Assembly (NCBI GenBank): GCA_963706595.1
Contig: OY970166.1
Span: 1,792,001-1,856,000 of the forward strand
Direction of reading: 5' to 3'
Source: an uncultured cyanobacterium
Lineage (GTDB): Bacteria; Cyanobacteriota; Cyanobacteriia; Cyanobacteriales; Nostocaceae
Length of the DNA stretch: 64,000 nucleotides
Every line of letters begins with the position of its first letter. The stretch's first letter is position 1. The notes under the pieces are model-generated. The model was not told where the DNA came from. It did no database searches and worked only from the letters and a program-made list of their open reading frames with translations. This document shows, piece after piece, positions 49,477-60,346 of this stretch. A program made the position numbers and the translations under genes.

Positions 49477-50424
49477 TTAACCCCTGATTTGGCGCAACAC
49501 GTTAACAGCCTGACCCCTTAAGCCAACAGGTAACAACGACAAACCCAAGCCAGTCAAAGCCTTAGCAGTAGAAAAAGACCTCCCCGCCAAAACTAGTTCC
49601 TTCCCTTTTTGGGTTTCACCTTTCTCAATTAAACGCAAACCCAATACTAATTGGGCTTCAGCTAGGCGATTTTGTCTAACTTTTTCTAACTTATCTGAAT
49701 CAAACTGATAATTTTCTAAATACCGAATTTTATCAAATAAATAAGGAACTTCTCTATTAATACCTTGCTGCTCCGCATGGTATCTATATTCCATCAATAA
49801 CTCAGATAAATAATAACCTTTTTTATCAGCCAAAGCCAGCCGGACAAATAAATCATTATCTTCACAATTTTGAATATTGGGCAGCATAAAACCCACTTCT
49901 TGTAAAGTCTGACGACGAAATAAAGTTGCCCCAATTTGAAAACTTTGGTTGATAAAAACTACCTCTAATAAATTCTCTACTATCCCGGCTTTTAAATTAG
50001 CCCGACCCCAGCGACGAGAATTTTCCTGTGTCTTTGACTCATCCCGGATATTTTCAATATCAATTATCCAATGATCTGTACCCACAAAATCAATGCTAGA
50101 ATCTTGATCAAGTATTGCCGCAGTCTTTGCTAAAAAATTAGTTGTTAGCCGATCATCATCATCAAATTTAATAAAATATTCACCCTGCGCCGCATCAAAA
50201 CCAGAGCGCATATTATTGCTTTTACCAATATTTTGCGAATGACGGATATATTTAATCCGGTTGTCTGTGTACTGTGACATTAATTCAGGTGTGCCATCAG
50301 TTGAGCCATCATCACAAACAATTAGTTCAAAATCTTGATAAGATTGCTGAAGTACGCTTTCTATGGCGTAAGGCAGGAGATTTTGCCGATTAAATGTAGG
50401 AATGCAAACACTAATTTTAGTCAC
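49477..50424 (-). CDS. GT2 family glycosyltransferase
   Basis: SVCIPTFNR, CDDGSTD, FDDDD and CED motifs. Confidence 0.93.
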   Translation of the reverse strand: MTKISVCIPTFNRQNLLPYAIESVLQQSYQDFELIVCDDGSTDGTPELMSQYTDNRIKYIRHSQNIGKSNNMRSGFDAAQGEYFIKFDDDDRLTTNFLAKTAAILDQDSSIDFVGTDHWIIDIENIRDESKTQENSRRWGRANLKAGIVENLLEVVFINQSFQIGATLFRRQTLQEVGFMLPNIQNCEDNDLFVRLALADKKGYYLSELLMEYRYHAEQQGINREVPYLFDKIRYLENYQFDSDKLEKVRQNRLAEAQLVLGLRLIEKGETQKGKELVLAGRSFSTAKALTGLGLSLLPVGLRGQAVNVLRQIRG

Positions 50425-50762
50425 AGGTATTACTTTTAAATAAAATTACAACTTCATCAGAGTTTTGAATATTACTTACTATTTTTAGATAGCAGACAAT
50501 ATAAATTCATCACGAACTGATACAATAACTAATAACCTTTATTTAACCTATAGTCTTCAGTAAAAGCAACAATTTATCTGTGAATATACACAAACTTCAT
50601 CATATTTGTCAAATATGTAATGTTCAGCGTTTAATTAGGGATTTTTCAGGAAAACTTGACAAAAAATCAATCAGAGATATTGATGATGACATTTAGCCTG
50701 AAATCACGGCATGGTATATGTGTCATATTTTAATTTAGTCCGATTTCCGGTTAATTGGTGAT

Positions 50763-52004
50763 ATGCACATTTTAATGCTGTCTTCTACCTTTCCCTATCC
50801 GCCAACACGGGGGGGAACTCAAGTGAGGACGTTTAATTTACTGAAATATTTGAGTCAACGTCATGTTATCACACTCGTGACTCAACGCGATGCCTGCGGC
50901 GATCTGCGCGATCGCGATGTGACGGAAGCTGAAATTGCCGAATTGCGGGACTGCGTAGATAATCTCGTTGTATTTGACCGTCCCCCAGATTCTGGCTCTG
51001 CATCGGGAATACTGAAGAAGATACAGCGCTTGAGCCAGTTTTACCTAGAGGGAACCCCTCCCAGCGTACTCAGCCGCTACTCCGTCCAGATGCAAGCATG
51101 GATTGATAACTTTGTAGAGCAGCAAAAATGTGATGTGATTACCTGCGAACATAGCGTCAATGAAATTTATGTGCGATCGCATTTTCAGAAATCTCTCAGA
51201 ACCATCGTCAATATCCATAGTTCTGTCTATGGTAGTTGTCTGAACCAGCTAACAACAGGCGTTTCTGAAAATAGACTCCGGGACAAAATTAATCTGCCGC
51301 TTTTACGTCGTTACGAACAAAGATATGGTGCGAAATTTTCAGCCATGGTTGTAACTACAGAAGATGATAAAAGTCAACTAGAAAAATTTCATCCTCAGAG
51401 GGAAATTACAATTATTCCCAATGGCGTTGATTTGCTGACATTTCCCAACCGTACAACTGATCCCGGAGGATATAAATTAGTATTTATTGGGGCAATGGAT
51501 AATTTAGCCAACATTGATGCTGTTTGCTTCTTCAGCAATCAAATTTTACCAGAAATTCAAAAACATTATCCCCAAACAACTTTTGATATTGTCGGTTCTC
51601 GTCCTGCGCCGGAAGTTTTAGCACTCACACAAAAACCAGGAGTTAATGTCACGGGAAAAGTGCCTTCAATGGTAGATTATTTACACAAATCAACAGTCTG
51701 TGTTGTGCCGATGCGGACAGGCTTTGGGATTAAAAATAAAACATTAGAAGCAATGGCCTCTGGTGTGCCGGTAGTAGCAAGCGATCGCGGTTTAGAAGGA
51801 CTAGCCATAGACACTCCAATCCGGGCATTACGTGCCAATAAACCAGCCGATTACGTCGCCGCCATTAGTCAACTCTTTGAGAGTCCCCAACTGCGTGATC
51901 AATTGTCCCATAACGGTAGACAACTTGTAGAAACCGAATTCACCTGGGCGATCGCCGGAAAACGTTATGAACAAGTTTGTTTGGGAGGTAATCATCAACA
52001 GTAG
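50763..52004 (+). CDS. GT4 family glycosyltransferase
   Basis: IIPNGVD and GIKNKTLEAMASGVPVV motifs. Carries a 7-codon insertion at ~50890. Confidence 0.93.
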   Translation: MHILMLSSTFPYPPTRGGTQVRTFNLLKYLSQRHVITLVTQRDACGDLRDRDVTEAEIAELRDCVDNLVVFDRPPDSGSASGILKKIQRLSQFYLEGTPPSVLSRYSVQMQAWIDNFVEQQKCDVITCEHSVNEIYVRSHFQKSLRTIVNIHSSVYGSCLNQLTTGVSENRLRDKINLPLLRRYEQRYGAKFSAMVVTTEDDKSQLEKFHPQREITIIPNGVDLLTFPNRTTDPGGYKLVFIGAMDNLANIDAVCFFSNQILPEIQKHYPQTTFDIVGSRPAPEVLALTQKPGVNVTGKVPSMVDYLHKSTVCVVPMRTGFGIKNKTLEAMASGVPVVASDRGLEGLAIDTPIRALRANKPADYVAAISQLFESPQLRDQLSHNGRQLVETEFTWAIAGKRYEQVCLGGNHQQ

Positions 52005-52024
52005 CCAGTAAAAAATTTAGAAAA

Positions 52025-52074
52025 AAAGGAGTGAGTAGCAGCGATCATATTTATACCGCCGCCATCACTCCTTT
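52025..52074. terminator. Possible terminator hairpin
   Basis: AAAGGAGTGA...TCACTCCTTT inverted repeat just after the GT4 stop. Confidence 0.5.
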
Positions 52075-52595
52075 GACCTCGCGCGTTGATAAGCTGTTAT
52101 GCTTATTTCCAAATACAGCACATTAATTTCTAACTTTTATCTAACCAAAGTTCCTAATAATTGTTAAGGCATTAGGTGATTAACTATACTTTTAGCTTTT
52201 AAGAGAGAACAAATCAAAGCATATTCCTAGTGGCTGTGGTGAACGTAGAACTCAGCATCGGGGATTGATTGTATTCCCAAACACAAAATAACTTAAAATT
52301 AACCCTATACCTAAGTTAGTAGTAGACTGACTCCTGCGGTGGACGTTAGAGACAAAAATAGTAGTTACCGTCATAAATGAAGGCAATAATCATCACAAAG
52401 ATTAGATACAAAACAGTTAAAGAAAGTGTATTTTTTTTCGGACTGAGATATAGGGAAACAGAACTTAAGTTGGTAAAAATCCCTAAAAGCGCCTAAAATT
52501 CTGGTTCGTATCCATTTGGATATCAGAAAAAGTTGGCATTCCTCCTCATCAAGAAGCTGATAGTACAAGCATTCAAAGCCGGGGGCATATTGATT

Positions 52596-53015
52596 ATGGA
52601 CTGGTCTAAAAATCTACAGCAATTCCAAGAATTCGTATTATTCAAATTTCCCCAACCACCATACTTTTTACTTTTTATTGGCTTATTAATTAGCTTTCTT
52701 TGTGGATTACCATTTGCGATAACTCTACAACAACGAGTGCAAGATTGGATTCAAAATCATTCTCCTACCACTTTACCCAGATGGGCAAAATTTCAACTTT
52801 CAATTCCTTTTATCGGAACTGCCATTGGTGTTGCTATCACCTTAGCCTCCATGTTAGAAATTTTTGGTTTACCAACTCTACCTGCTTATTTGACATCTTT
52901 GCTAGTCACAGCTTTAGTGGCTGCATGGGTTTGGGCAGAAATCGGACACCTTTTAGGCAGAAGACTTTTACGTTCCTATTTAGCTAAGTCTTCAAAATTG
53001 TCTCACCAAAGGTAG
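52596..53015 (+). CDS. Hypothetical 3-TM membrane protein
   Basis: Hydrophobic ORF with a QPPYFLL motif. ATG at 52596. Confidence 0.7.
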   Translation: MDWSKNLQQFQEFVLFKFPQPPYFLLFIGLLISFLCGLPFAITLQQRVQDWIQNHSPTTLPRWAKFQLSIPFIGTAIGVAITLASMLEIFGLPTLPAYLTSLLVTALVAAWVWAEIGHLLGRRLLRSYLAKSSKLSHQR

Positions 53016-53368
53016 AAGTAAGTTTTAATCACAAACTGTAAACTTTTAAGAAGTTAAATATATGTAGACACATAAGAATTACCAATCGTTACTATAGAAG
53101 TTTCGCTCTGCCATCTTTAAATAGTTAATAATTTAGCGGAAATTGCAACATTTTCGTTACCCAAGTGCTGAAATACCGATTTTGTGGTAGGTTCAAGAAT
53201 TAGTAGAACACTTGAATATCTGCATCTATTCAGTGTTCTGAGGGGCAGCAATTGCAGCTGATGCAAAGTTTGATGATTGGACATCTTCAAAAGTGGCGCA
53301 ATTGATCTCAGTCTGGATCTAATGGACTTTTTTGCTCAACCTCTGCAAGCAAGTAGCGGGAATTTAAG

Positions 53369-54532
53369 GTGAACATAGAACAATTCATTCAACGCACAGA
53401 AGCACTGCACAGCCGTTTAGCAGATTTGTACCAAACCGCTAGCGTCTTACCTTGGATTCCACCCGAACTACTGCCTCAAGCTTTTAAGGAACTCTATAGC
53501 ACCTCCAAAATGGTGCAGTTAGCGGCAGAGGAACTTTATCAGCAAAATGAAGAACTGATCCAAACACGCAATTGGCTAGAAGCTGAACGCCAACGCTACC
53601 AAGATTTATTCGAGTTTGCACCAGACGGCTATTTAGTCACTAATGCCGAAGGAATCATCCAACAAGCTAATCTAGCCGCAGCGCAATTGTTCAACGTTTC
53701 TAGGCAATTACTCGTAGGTAAACCAATAGTTAATTTTATCCGCCTCGAAGAACGACAACCCTTTCGCTGTGAACTCAGCCAGCTATGCCAGACGGATAGA
53801 GTTAGAGAGTTAGTAGTGCGTCTGCAAAATAATCATGGCGAGTCTTTTGACGCAGCTTTCACAGTGGCTGTAGTGCGTAATCAACAGGGTAGCCCCAACT
53901 CCCTGCGGTGGCTGTTGCGTAATATCAGTGAACGTCAGAAAAAGAAAACAGAACAAATCGACAATCACAGTGATCTAATTCAGGATCGCCCTGTACATAA
54001 ACATCCTAAAGGAGAAACTATTCCTCTCAATCCTTTAGTCGTTTGGTATGTTCGCCAGGGCTTAGTTAAGCTCAATACTTTTTGTGAAACTGGCGAAGAA
54101 ATATTGATAGGACTAGCTACACAAGATATGGTCTTTGGCTCTAACATGACTTCTTTACCCATTTATCAAGCTACAGCTTTGTCAGATGTGGAATTAGTCT
54201 CAATTTACGTATCAGAAATAGCAGTCAACCCAATTTTGAGCCATATTTTATTACCAAAAATCAATCAACGCTTACAACAAACAGAATCTTTTTTAGTCAT
54301 TGCTGGTAAACGCCGGATTGAAGAAAGACTGTACCATTTCTTACAACTTTTAAAACAACAAATTGGCGAGCCTGTAGTGGGAGGAACTCGCTTAGGTGTT
54401 CGCTTCACTCATGAAGATATCGCTAGTGCTTGCTGTACTACTAGAGTGACAATTACCAGATTGATGGGAAAATTACAACAACAAGGTTTAATTAGTTTTG
54501 ACTCCAAAAAATATATTATTTTGAAAGACTAA
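53369..54532 (+). CDS. Coiled-coil + PAS + Crp/Fnr-type HTH regulator
   Basis: EELYQQNEEL coil, RYQDLFEFAPDGY PAS and THEDIASACCTTRVTITR HTH. Confidence 0.88.
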   Translation: MNIEQFIQRTEALHSRLADLYQTASVLPWIPPELLPQAFKELYSTSKMVQLAAEELYQQNEELIQTRNWLEAERQRYQDLFEFAPDGYLVTNAEGIIQQANLAAAQLFNVSRQLLVGKPIVNFIRLEERQPFRCELSQLCQTDRVRELVVRLQNNHGESFDAAFTVAVVRNQQGSPNSLRWLLRNISERQKKKTEQIDNHSDLIQDRPVHKHPKGETIPLNPLVVWYVRQGLVKLNTFCETGEEILIGLATQDMVFGSNMTSLPIYQATALSDVELVSIYVSEIAVNPILSHILLPKINQRLQQTESFLVIAGKRRIEERLYHFLQLLKQQIGEPVVGGTRLGVRFTHEDIASACCTTRVTITRLMGKLQQQGLISFDSKKYIILKD

Positions 54533-54634
54533 GTTATTTATTTTGTGTAAATGCTGCTGGTATAGATCGCATATTTGAACTTGGGAAAGATGAGGGAGCA
54601 GGGAAAATATTTAATATTTTCCCGCTCACCCCCG

Positions 54635-55588
54635 TCATCTCCCTCGGCTGACTTCTAACATCAACTTTGAATCCCAAGTGTAGTAGCCAATTCTCTCAGG
54701 GACTCTAGAAAATCGCCCGGTGCGATAGCCTCGTGATAGTTCATTCAGCACTTTAGTTTTTACTTCTCGCACTTGCTGCTCATCTAGTTCTCCATAAAGA
54801 CCGGTGATGATGTCCGCAACACTAAAAACTCTTCCGGAATGTTTCTCTAAGAAATCGGAAAGAGCATCGATCAAAAATTGACCCTCAAATTCTGCCAGCA
54901 TGGGGACTACATTTGTATTCGCGGCTGGAAGCGGTTTTTTGTGTTTGTATTTGCCAGTTTGAGAGTAGCCTTTAGTCTTGTTGGAGTTGACTAAACTTAA
55001 GTTAAGAGTGTAGCAACCCGGCTCGTCAGGAATCCCCGCCCAAGCTTTTCTTTCTCTACCCTGTGTCAGTGAGGATTGGACTCTACCTTTGACAACTTTG
55101 AAGATGGGCGGGTCTAAATCTCCATAAAGCGATCGCACAATGAAATCGATATGACAAACAGCGCCAATATGTTCGTACAACAGACTCTTGATAGCTTCCA
55201 TGCGACTTTCATGTTGATACTCCGGTAGCATGGGAATATCTGGTACTTTGATTGATTTACTTTGATCCGAATCATTTATCTCCCAGTTGTCTGAGTCTTT
55301 AAGTTCAGACTGAGTAGAATTAAGACTTTGATCAGGTACGGATAAAAGTGAGTCCTTTTCAGGAGGTGAGGAGGAAACCTGTGGAAGCATCTTGACTTGT
55401 GCGCCATTAGTATTAACATCTGATGCACAAGAGCCGTTAGACAACAAAGCATCTACATGAGCGAGCTGCGATCGCGCCTGTGTGTATAAGCTTTCATACT
55501 CTTCTACGAGGCGAGCATAGTAGTCTCGTAATTCTAACAGTGGAGAGACAAAAGCTTCAGGGGGTTCTAATGGTAAGAGATTATTCAT
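54635..55588 (-). CDS. Hypothetical protein with N-terminal coil and two repeated (wHTH-like) domains
   Basis: PML.E...I...LYG.LD....VK..V...L..G occurs twice. Confidence 0.75.
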   Translation of the reverse strand: MNNLLPLEPPEAFVSPLLELRDYYARLVEEYESLYTQARSQLAHVDALLSNGSCASDVNTNGAQVKMLPQVSSSPPEKDSLLSVPDQSLNSTQSELKDSDNWEINDSDQSKSIKVPDIPMLPEYQHESRMEAIKSLLYEHIGAVCHIDFIVRSLYGDLDPPIFKVVKGRVQSSLTQGRERKAWAGIPDEPGCYTLNLSLVNSNKTKGYSQTGKYKHKKPLPAANTNVVPMLAEFEGQFLIDALSDFLEKHSGRVFSVADIITGLYGELDEQQVREVKTKVLNELSRGYRTGRFSRVPERIGYYTWDSKLMLEVSRGR

Positions 55589-55599
55589 AAAGCTTTAAA

Positions 55600-55845
55600 T
55601 CATCCTAAATCGATATCACTTTTGTAAGTCATGGCTCTAGGTTTTGCTTTTTGAGATGACTGATGAGATTTTTTTGGTGCTTGCGGTGGTCGGCATTGCT
55701 CACAATATAATGGGCGCGGACCGAAAGTTTCCCGTTGTGTAGTTTGGTCGCATTGCTTACAGACAAAATGGAAAACACGAGTATGAATCTGTCTTTTATG
55801 CGCCCGGACAGTATATTCTCTAACATCAATGAACTTACTAGGCAT
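55600..55845 (-). CDS. Small basic Zn-ribbon protein
   Basis: CKQC...CEQC, preceded by AAGGAG-like purines on the opposite context and 11 bp from the next gene. Confidence 0.75.
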   Translation of the reverse strand: MPSKFIDVREYTVRAHKRQIHTRVFHFVCKQCDQTTQRETFGPRPLYCEQCRPPQAPKKSHQSSQKAKPRAMTYKSDIDLG

Positions 55846-56575
55846 AATCCAAAGGAGTGAATTTGATTCCTATCAATATAGCTATTCAAGCAAATTAAAT
55901 CGTATCCGTGTATCTTCGATTGTAAGTTTTATTCAAATCAGTGATTTTGGCTCAGAGTAACTAGCAAGTAACCAAGAGGCTATCTGCTTGAGATACATAT
56001 AGTTAATTATCACCATTCAAGTGTCGATCGCTTCTATACCTCTGAGGTACTAAATATAGAAAATTAGACATATTTCTCCAAAATTTATGACAAATTGGCG
56101 GGAGTGTTTATCTTGTACTTCAGTCCATCAGTTTTTATGCTGGTCAGCAAAGGTAATTAAAGACCATCTCACAATAGCAGGAGGCGGTAATCTGATTAAA
56201 CCCTCTTAGACATCTCCCATAAAAAATGTAGAGACGTTGTATCCAACATCTCTACAAAGGTTTACTATCCTGATCACAATATTTTTAGAATCTACCTTGC
56301 GAAAGATTTCAGGATTTCGTTTAGCTTAAAAAAGACACCTTGTAGTCAGGATTTATACCTTATACAAAGTGTCTGATTGTGAGAACTCAAGCTGACTCCA
56401 ACTGACAATTGATCACTAATTAACCAGATGGGACAGATTACCTACCACTGCCACGATCTCGCTTGATTGGATTAAGCCAGTGTAATTTACAACGGTTGAT
56501 AGAATTACTGAAATTTGTCACTTGATTACTTGGGTTTTTATCGAAACAAAAAAAAATATTATTCATCTGCTGAAT

Positions 56576-56887
56576 TTAAAAGTCTTGATTTTTAAATTTA
56601 CTAACTGAAGTAGTAAAGTCATAAATTGAATTTACCAGAGCTAGATGTTCTTGATTACTCAGATGGCAGTTTTTATAAGAATCATCTAAAAAATAGATCA
56701 GCGCCAAAGTTGCAGATTCTAGCTTTGCCCTTTTCCTTGCTGCCCTAATAGCTTGATATAGTTCGGGATAAATATGGTTATTGCTAATTCCTATTTGCTC
56801 ATCTGGCATCCAACACTTAAATGCATAACCTTCAGGCAATGGGATAACTTCAATTAACCAACCATGATATGAATCTTGCCATTTCAT
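56576..56887 (-). CDS. Hypothetical protein
   Basis: 103-aa ORF with YHGW.IE and A..AARKRA motifs. Confidence 0.65.
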   Translation of the reverse strand: MKWQDSYHGWLIEVIPLPEGYAFKCWMPDEQIGISNNHIYPELYQAIRAARKRAKLESATLALIYFLDDSYKNCHLSNQEHLALVNSIYDFTTSVSKFKNQDF

Positions 56888-57080
56888 TCACAATTCATCT
56901 CTTAGTTCAGTGATTAAGGTTTTTACTTGACATTTTTATATGTAAGGCGAATTATATAACCTATATATGTAATCCCTGTGCAGAATTTGTGTAGAATTTG
57001 GGTAGAAGAATTAAGTAACACTTTTTACATATTATCAACTACAAAGTGCTACAGTAATTGTACATAAAACCAGATAATTC

Positions 57081-57773
57081 CTATTTGAGGCGATAACCCA
57101 GTCCATGAACTGTTTGAATAAAATCTTCTGGCGCACCTAAAGCTCTCAGTTTTTGCCGGAGACATTTAATATGAGACCTGACAGTTTCCTCTACAGGAGA
57201 ATCATCCACAGACCAAACCTGCTCAATGATGCTAGAACGGCTCAACACCCTTCTGCCATTAGCAACCAATAATTCTAAAATGGCGTATTCTTTTGGTGTT
57301 AATGTTAAAGGGTGACTATTATAAATCACCTCATAGGTACTGGAATTAAGGTGCAATTTTTCCCAAGATAATGTTACTGTACTGACAGAACTACCTCGTC
57401 TGAGTAAAGCCCGTATCCGAGCCATTAACTCTTCTAAATCAAACGGTTTAGCCACATAATCATCGGCTCCTGCATCCAAGCCAGCTATCTTGTCAGCGAC
57501 AGTATCACGAGCGGTTAACATTAACACTGGTGCGCCACAATTGCGATGTGCAGGATGACTTGTGCCAGCAGTGCGTAAGCGTTGACAAAACCTGATACCA
57601 TCTAGTTTTGGCAGTGTGACATCCAGCAGCACCAAGTCATATTTCATCGATTCGGCTGAATTCCAAGCAGCTTCGCCATCTTTGGCAACATCTACTACAT
57701 ATTGCCTTCTAATTAACGCTTCTGTTAGTACTTCTGCCAGTTGGATATCATCTTCAACTACAAGAATTCGCAT
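57081..57773 (-). CDS. OmpR-family response regulator
   Basis: LVVEDD, LLD, LTA, KPF and TVHGLGYRL motifs. Confidence 0.96.
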   Translation of the reverse strand: MRILVVEDDIQLAEVLTEALIRRQYVVDVAKDGEAAWNSAESMKYDLVLLDVTLPKLDGIRFCQRLRTAGTSHPAHRNCGAPVLMLTARDTVADKIAGLDAGADDYVAKPFDLEELMARIRALLRRGSSVSTVTLSWEKLHLNSSTYEVIYNSHPLTLTPKEYAILELLVANGRRVLSRSSIIEQVWSVDDSPVEETVRSHIKCLRQKLRALGAPEDFIQTVHGLGYRLK

Positions 57774-57933
57774 AATATATCCTTTATTACGTAAAAACTA
57801 AAGGTTTGTAGTAAGGACTTTAGTCCTCAAATAAGGAAGGGCTGAGAGCAATTACTACGAACTTAATTACAACAATTTAACTGTAAGCGATTGTAATTAT
57901 AACGATTAAACGAGTTATTTTTTCACCAATTCT

Positions 57934-59316
57934 ATGAAACAGAAATTTATGAAATGGTCTTTCCCAGGAAAATGGATTATTGGCGGGTTTGGTTTAACCT
58001 TGTTGCTGATGGGTGTAGTTACCTTTGCTTCATTTAAAAGCACAACTGAAATCAAACAGGGGGCTGATAGGATACAAAATACTTATCAAACTCTCAATAC
58101 TTTGACCAACTTTTATGCGTCGATGACAGCCGCAGAATCAGCCCGGCGAGGATATATATTTTTAGGAAGTAGTCAAGATTTACAGCGACATCAAAATGAA
58201 GTAGCGAATATGCAAACTGAACTCAAGCTGTTAGAGGAACAAATACATCCTAGTTTGAGTCAACAAGAAAGATTTTCACAGTTGAATTTATTAGTAAATC
58301 AAAGATTAGCTCTTTTAGAAGAATCTATAGAACTTTATCAGACAGATAAAACGGCATTACAAATGCAAAATGATATTACTGAGCGTAGCGTTAAATTTAG
58401 AGAAGAAATACGTCCAGTGATAGCAGACATTAAAGCTGAAGAACAAAGTTATCTCAGAGCGACACTAGAGCAATCTCATGGTAGTATTAATTTCAGAATC
58501 TGGATCGAAATATTGGGGACAATTTTAAGTCTTGCCGTTATTTCTAGTTTATGTATTATCCTGAATCGTCAATGGGTAAAACACGATCAAATTGAGTCTT
58601 TAGAAGTTTCTCTGGCTCAACAAAAAGAATTCAGTGAGTTAAAAGTTCGCTTATTTGCGATGATTTCTCATGAGTTTCGCACACCTTTGAGTATTATTTT
58701 GCTGTCGTCGCAGTTGTTAAGTGAAACTCTGAAGGATGTGGTAGATGAGCAGCAGGTAAAAAATCTCTACCGGATTCAGTCTTCAGCTAAATTAATGAAT
58801 CATTTATTAACGGATATTTTAACTTTAACTAGGGCTGAAGCCGATAAACTAGATTACACACCTCAATTGATTAATGTCGAAAATTTTTGTTTGAATTTGG
58901 TAGAGGATTTACAGCTTTTTGGCACTACATCCCATGTTATAGAATTCAGAAATTATGGGCAGTGTTTCCGTGCTAATATAGATGAAAAGCTGTTGTACTC
59001 TATTTTGAGTAATTTACTATTGAATGCCATTAAATATTCCTTTGCTGGTGGTCATATATATTTAATTTTAAATTCTGAAGCTGAATATATAGTTTTTCAG
59101 GTAATAGATGAAGGTATAGGTATTCCACCAGAGGAACAACCAAAAATTTATGAGCTTTTATACCGATGTCAAAATGTGGAAAATATTGTTGGTATTGGTT
59201 TGGGTTTACCTGTGGTGAAAAAATGTGTGGAACGACATCAAGGTGAAATTACGATGAAAAGTGCTGTAGGTGTGGGAACAACTTTTACGGTGAGGATTCC
59301 GCATCAGAATAAATAA
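57934..59316 (+). CDS. CHASE3 sensor histidine kinase
   Basis: AESARRGYI (CHASE3), SHEFRTPL, NAIKYS, DEGIG and GLGL motifs. Confidence 0.95.
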   Translation: MKQKFMKWSFPGKWIIGGFGLTLLLMGVVTFASFKSTTEIKQGADRIQNTYQTLNTLTNFYASMTAAESARRGYIFLGSSQDLQRHQNEVANMQTELKLLEEQIHPSLSQQERFSQLNLLVNQRLALLEESIELYQTDKTALQMQNDITERSVKFREEIRPVIADIKAEEQSYLRATLEQSHGSINFRIWIEILGTILSLAVISSLCIILNRQWVKHDQIESLEVSLAQQKEFSELKVRLFAMISHEFRTPLSIILLSSQLLSETLKDVVDEQQVKNLYRIQSSAKLMNHLLTDILTLTRAEADKLDYTPQLINVENFCLNLVEDLQLFGTTSHVIEFRNYGQCFRANIDEKLLYSILSNLLLNAIKYSFAGGHIYLILNSEAEYIVFQVIDEGIGIPPEEQPKIYELLYRCQNVENIVGIGLGLPVVKKCVERHQGEITMKSAVGVGTTFTVRIPHQNK

Positions 59317-59561
59317 AGAAACCTCACCCCAACCCTCTCCTTATTAAGGAGAGGGAGCCGGAACACAAAGATAGATCCCCGACTTCTTCAAGAAGTCGGG
59401 GATCTGAGCCTCGCGAAATGATGACTGAGACACAAGTAAAAAATATTTTATCGGAATATTGTTGCAGACTTCCGATTTCGATATCAGCCTTCTGACAGTG
59501 TATGCTGCACAGTCGAGGCGTTTAGGCTGAGGATATCACTTGCATTGTAGAGGAATTGATT

Positions 59562-59771
59562 ATGCCTAGTGGTCACGCCAGTCATAAAGGCACTTCGGAT
59601 AAACCTAATACTAATACTGAAGGTCGGATGGATATTGCTGCTGATAAATCCATCGATCCTGATGAGGTTTTACCTGAAGGTGCTACTACAAATACAACCA
59701 GAACTCAAGAGTTTGTCGATTATCCTCCGGCTATTCAACGCCCTGGGGAGGATGTGAAAACGGAGGAATAA
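59562..59771 (+). CDS. Small acidic hypothetical protein
   Basis: GAGGA Shine-Dalgarno-like sequence before ATG 59562. 69 aa. Confidence 0.6.
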   Translation: MPSGHASHKGTSDKPNTNTEGRMDIAADKSIDPDEVLPEGATTNTTRTQEFVDYPPAIQRPGEDVKTEE

Positions 59772-59914
59772 AATACAGAACCTCTCTCCAAACCTCTCTC
59801 CTACAAGGAGAGAGGCTTTGAATTCTCCCCATTCCCTTGTAGGGAAGGGGGTTGGGGGGTTAGGTTTCTACTTGGTGAATCCTAGATTATGATTGCAGTT
59901 ATAGGAGGAAAATT

Positions 59915-60343
59915 ATGAGTGATTTTGGTAAGAAAAGGTTGGAGGCTGTTTTAGCGATCGCAACTTATTCTATAGGTAGTGGTACGGCTTCAGCTGCACC
60001 AACTCCAGGAGGGGAAATTCCTAGACAGTTGATTCTCACGGCTTCTGATATCCTCATGTATATCAGCATTTGGAGAATTTATTTTCAGGAAGATTTATCT
60101 CGTCAAGGTCTTTTAGATATTTTGGCAGAATTAGGTTTAGTGACGGTCAGCGCCGCCGGGACAGCCTATATAGTGACTAAAGCTAGTACGGCTATTTTGA
60201 AGGAAATTACTAACTGGACTGGACCTTTGGGGTGGGGTGTGACAGCTGCGATCGCAGGTTCCCTGAGTGGGTTATTTGGGGTAGTCTGGGCTTTATATTG
60301 CGATCGCCTGGCTTCGGAACGAAAACTTCAAAATCATACCTAA
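59915..60343 (+). CDS. Hypothetical membrane protein
   Basis: AGGAGG SD upstream and Gly/Ala-rich hydrophobic helices. Confidence 0.75.
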   Translation: MSDFGKKRLEAVLAIATYSIGSGTASAAPTPGGEIPRQLILTASDILMYISIWRIYFQEDLSRQGLLDILAELGLVTVSAAGTAYIVTKASTAILKEITNWTGPLGWGVTAAIAGSLSGLFGVVWALYCDRLASERKLQNHT

Positions 60344-60346
60344 AGC

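Noticed and set aside
57015..57028. NtcA-like GTA-N8-TAC site
   Set aside because: No correctly spaced TAN3T -10 box toward the downstream gene, and the motif is easily random in AT-rich DNA.
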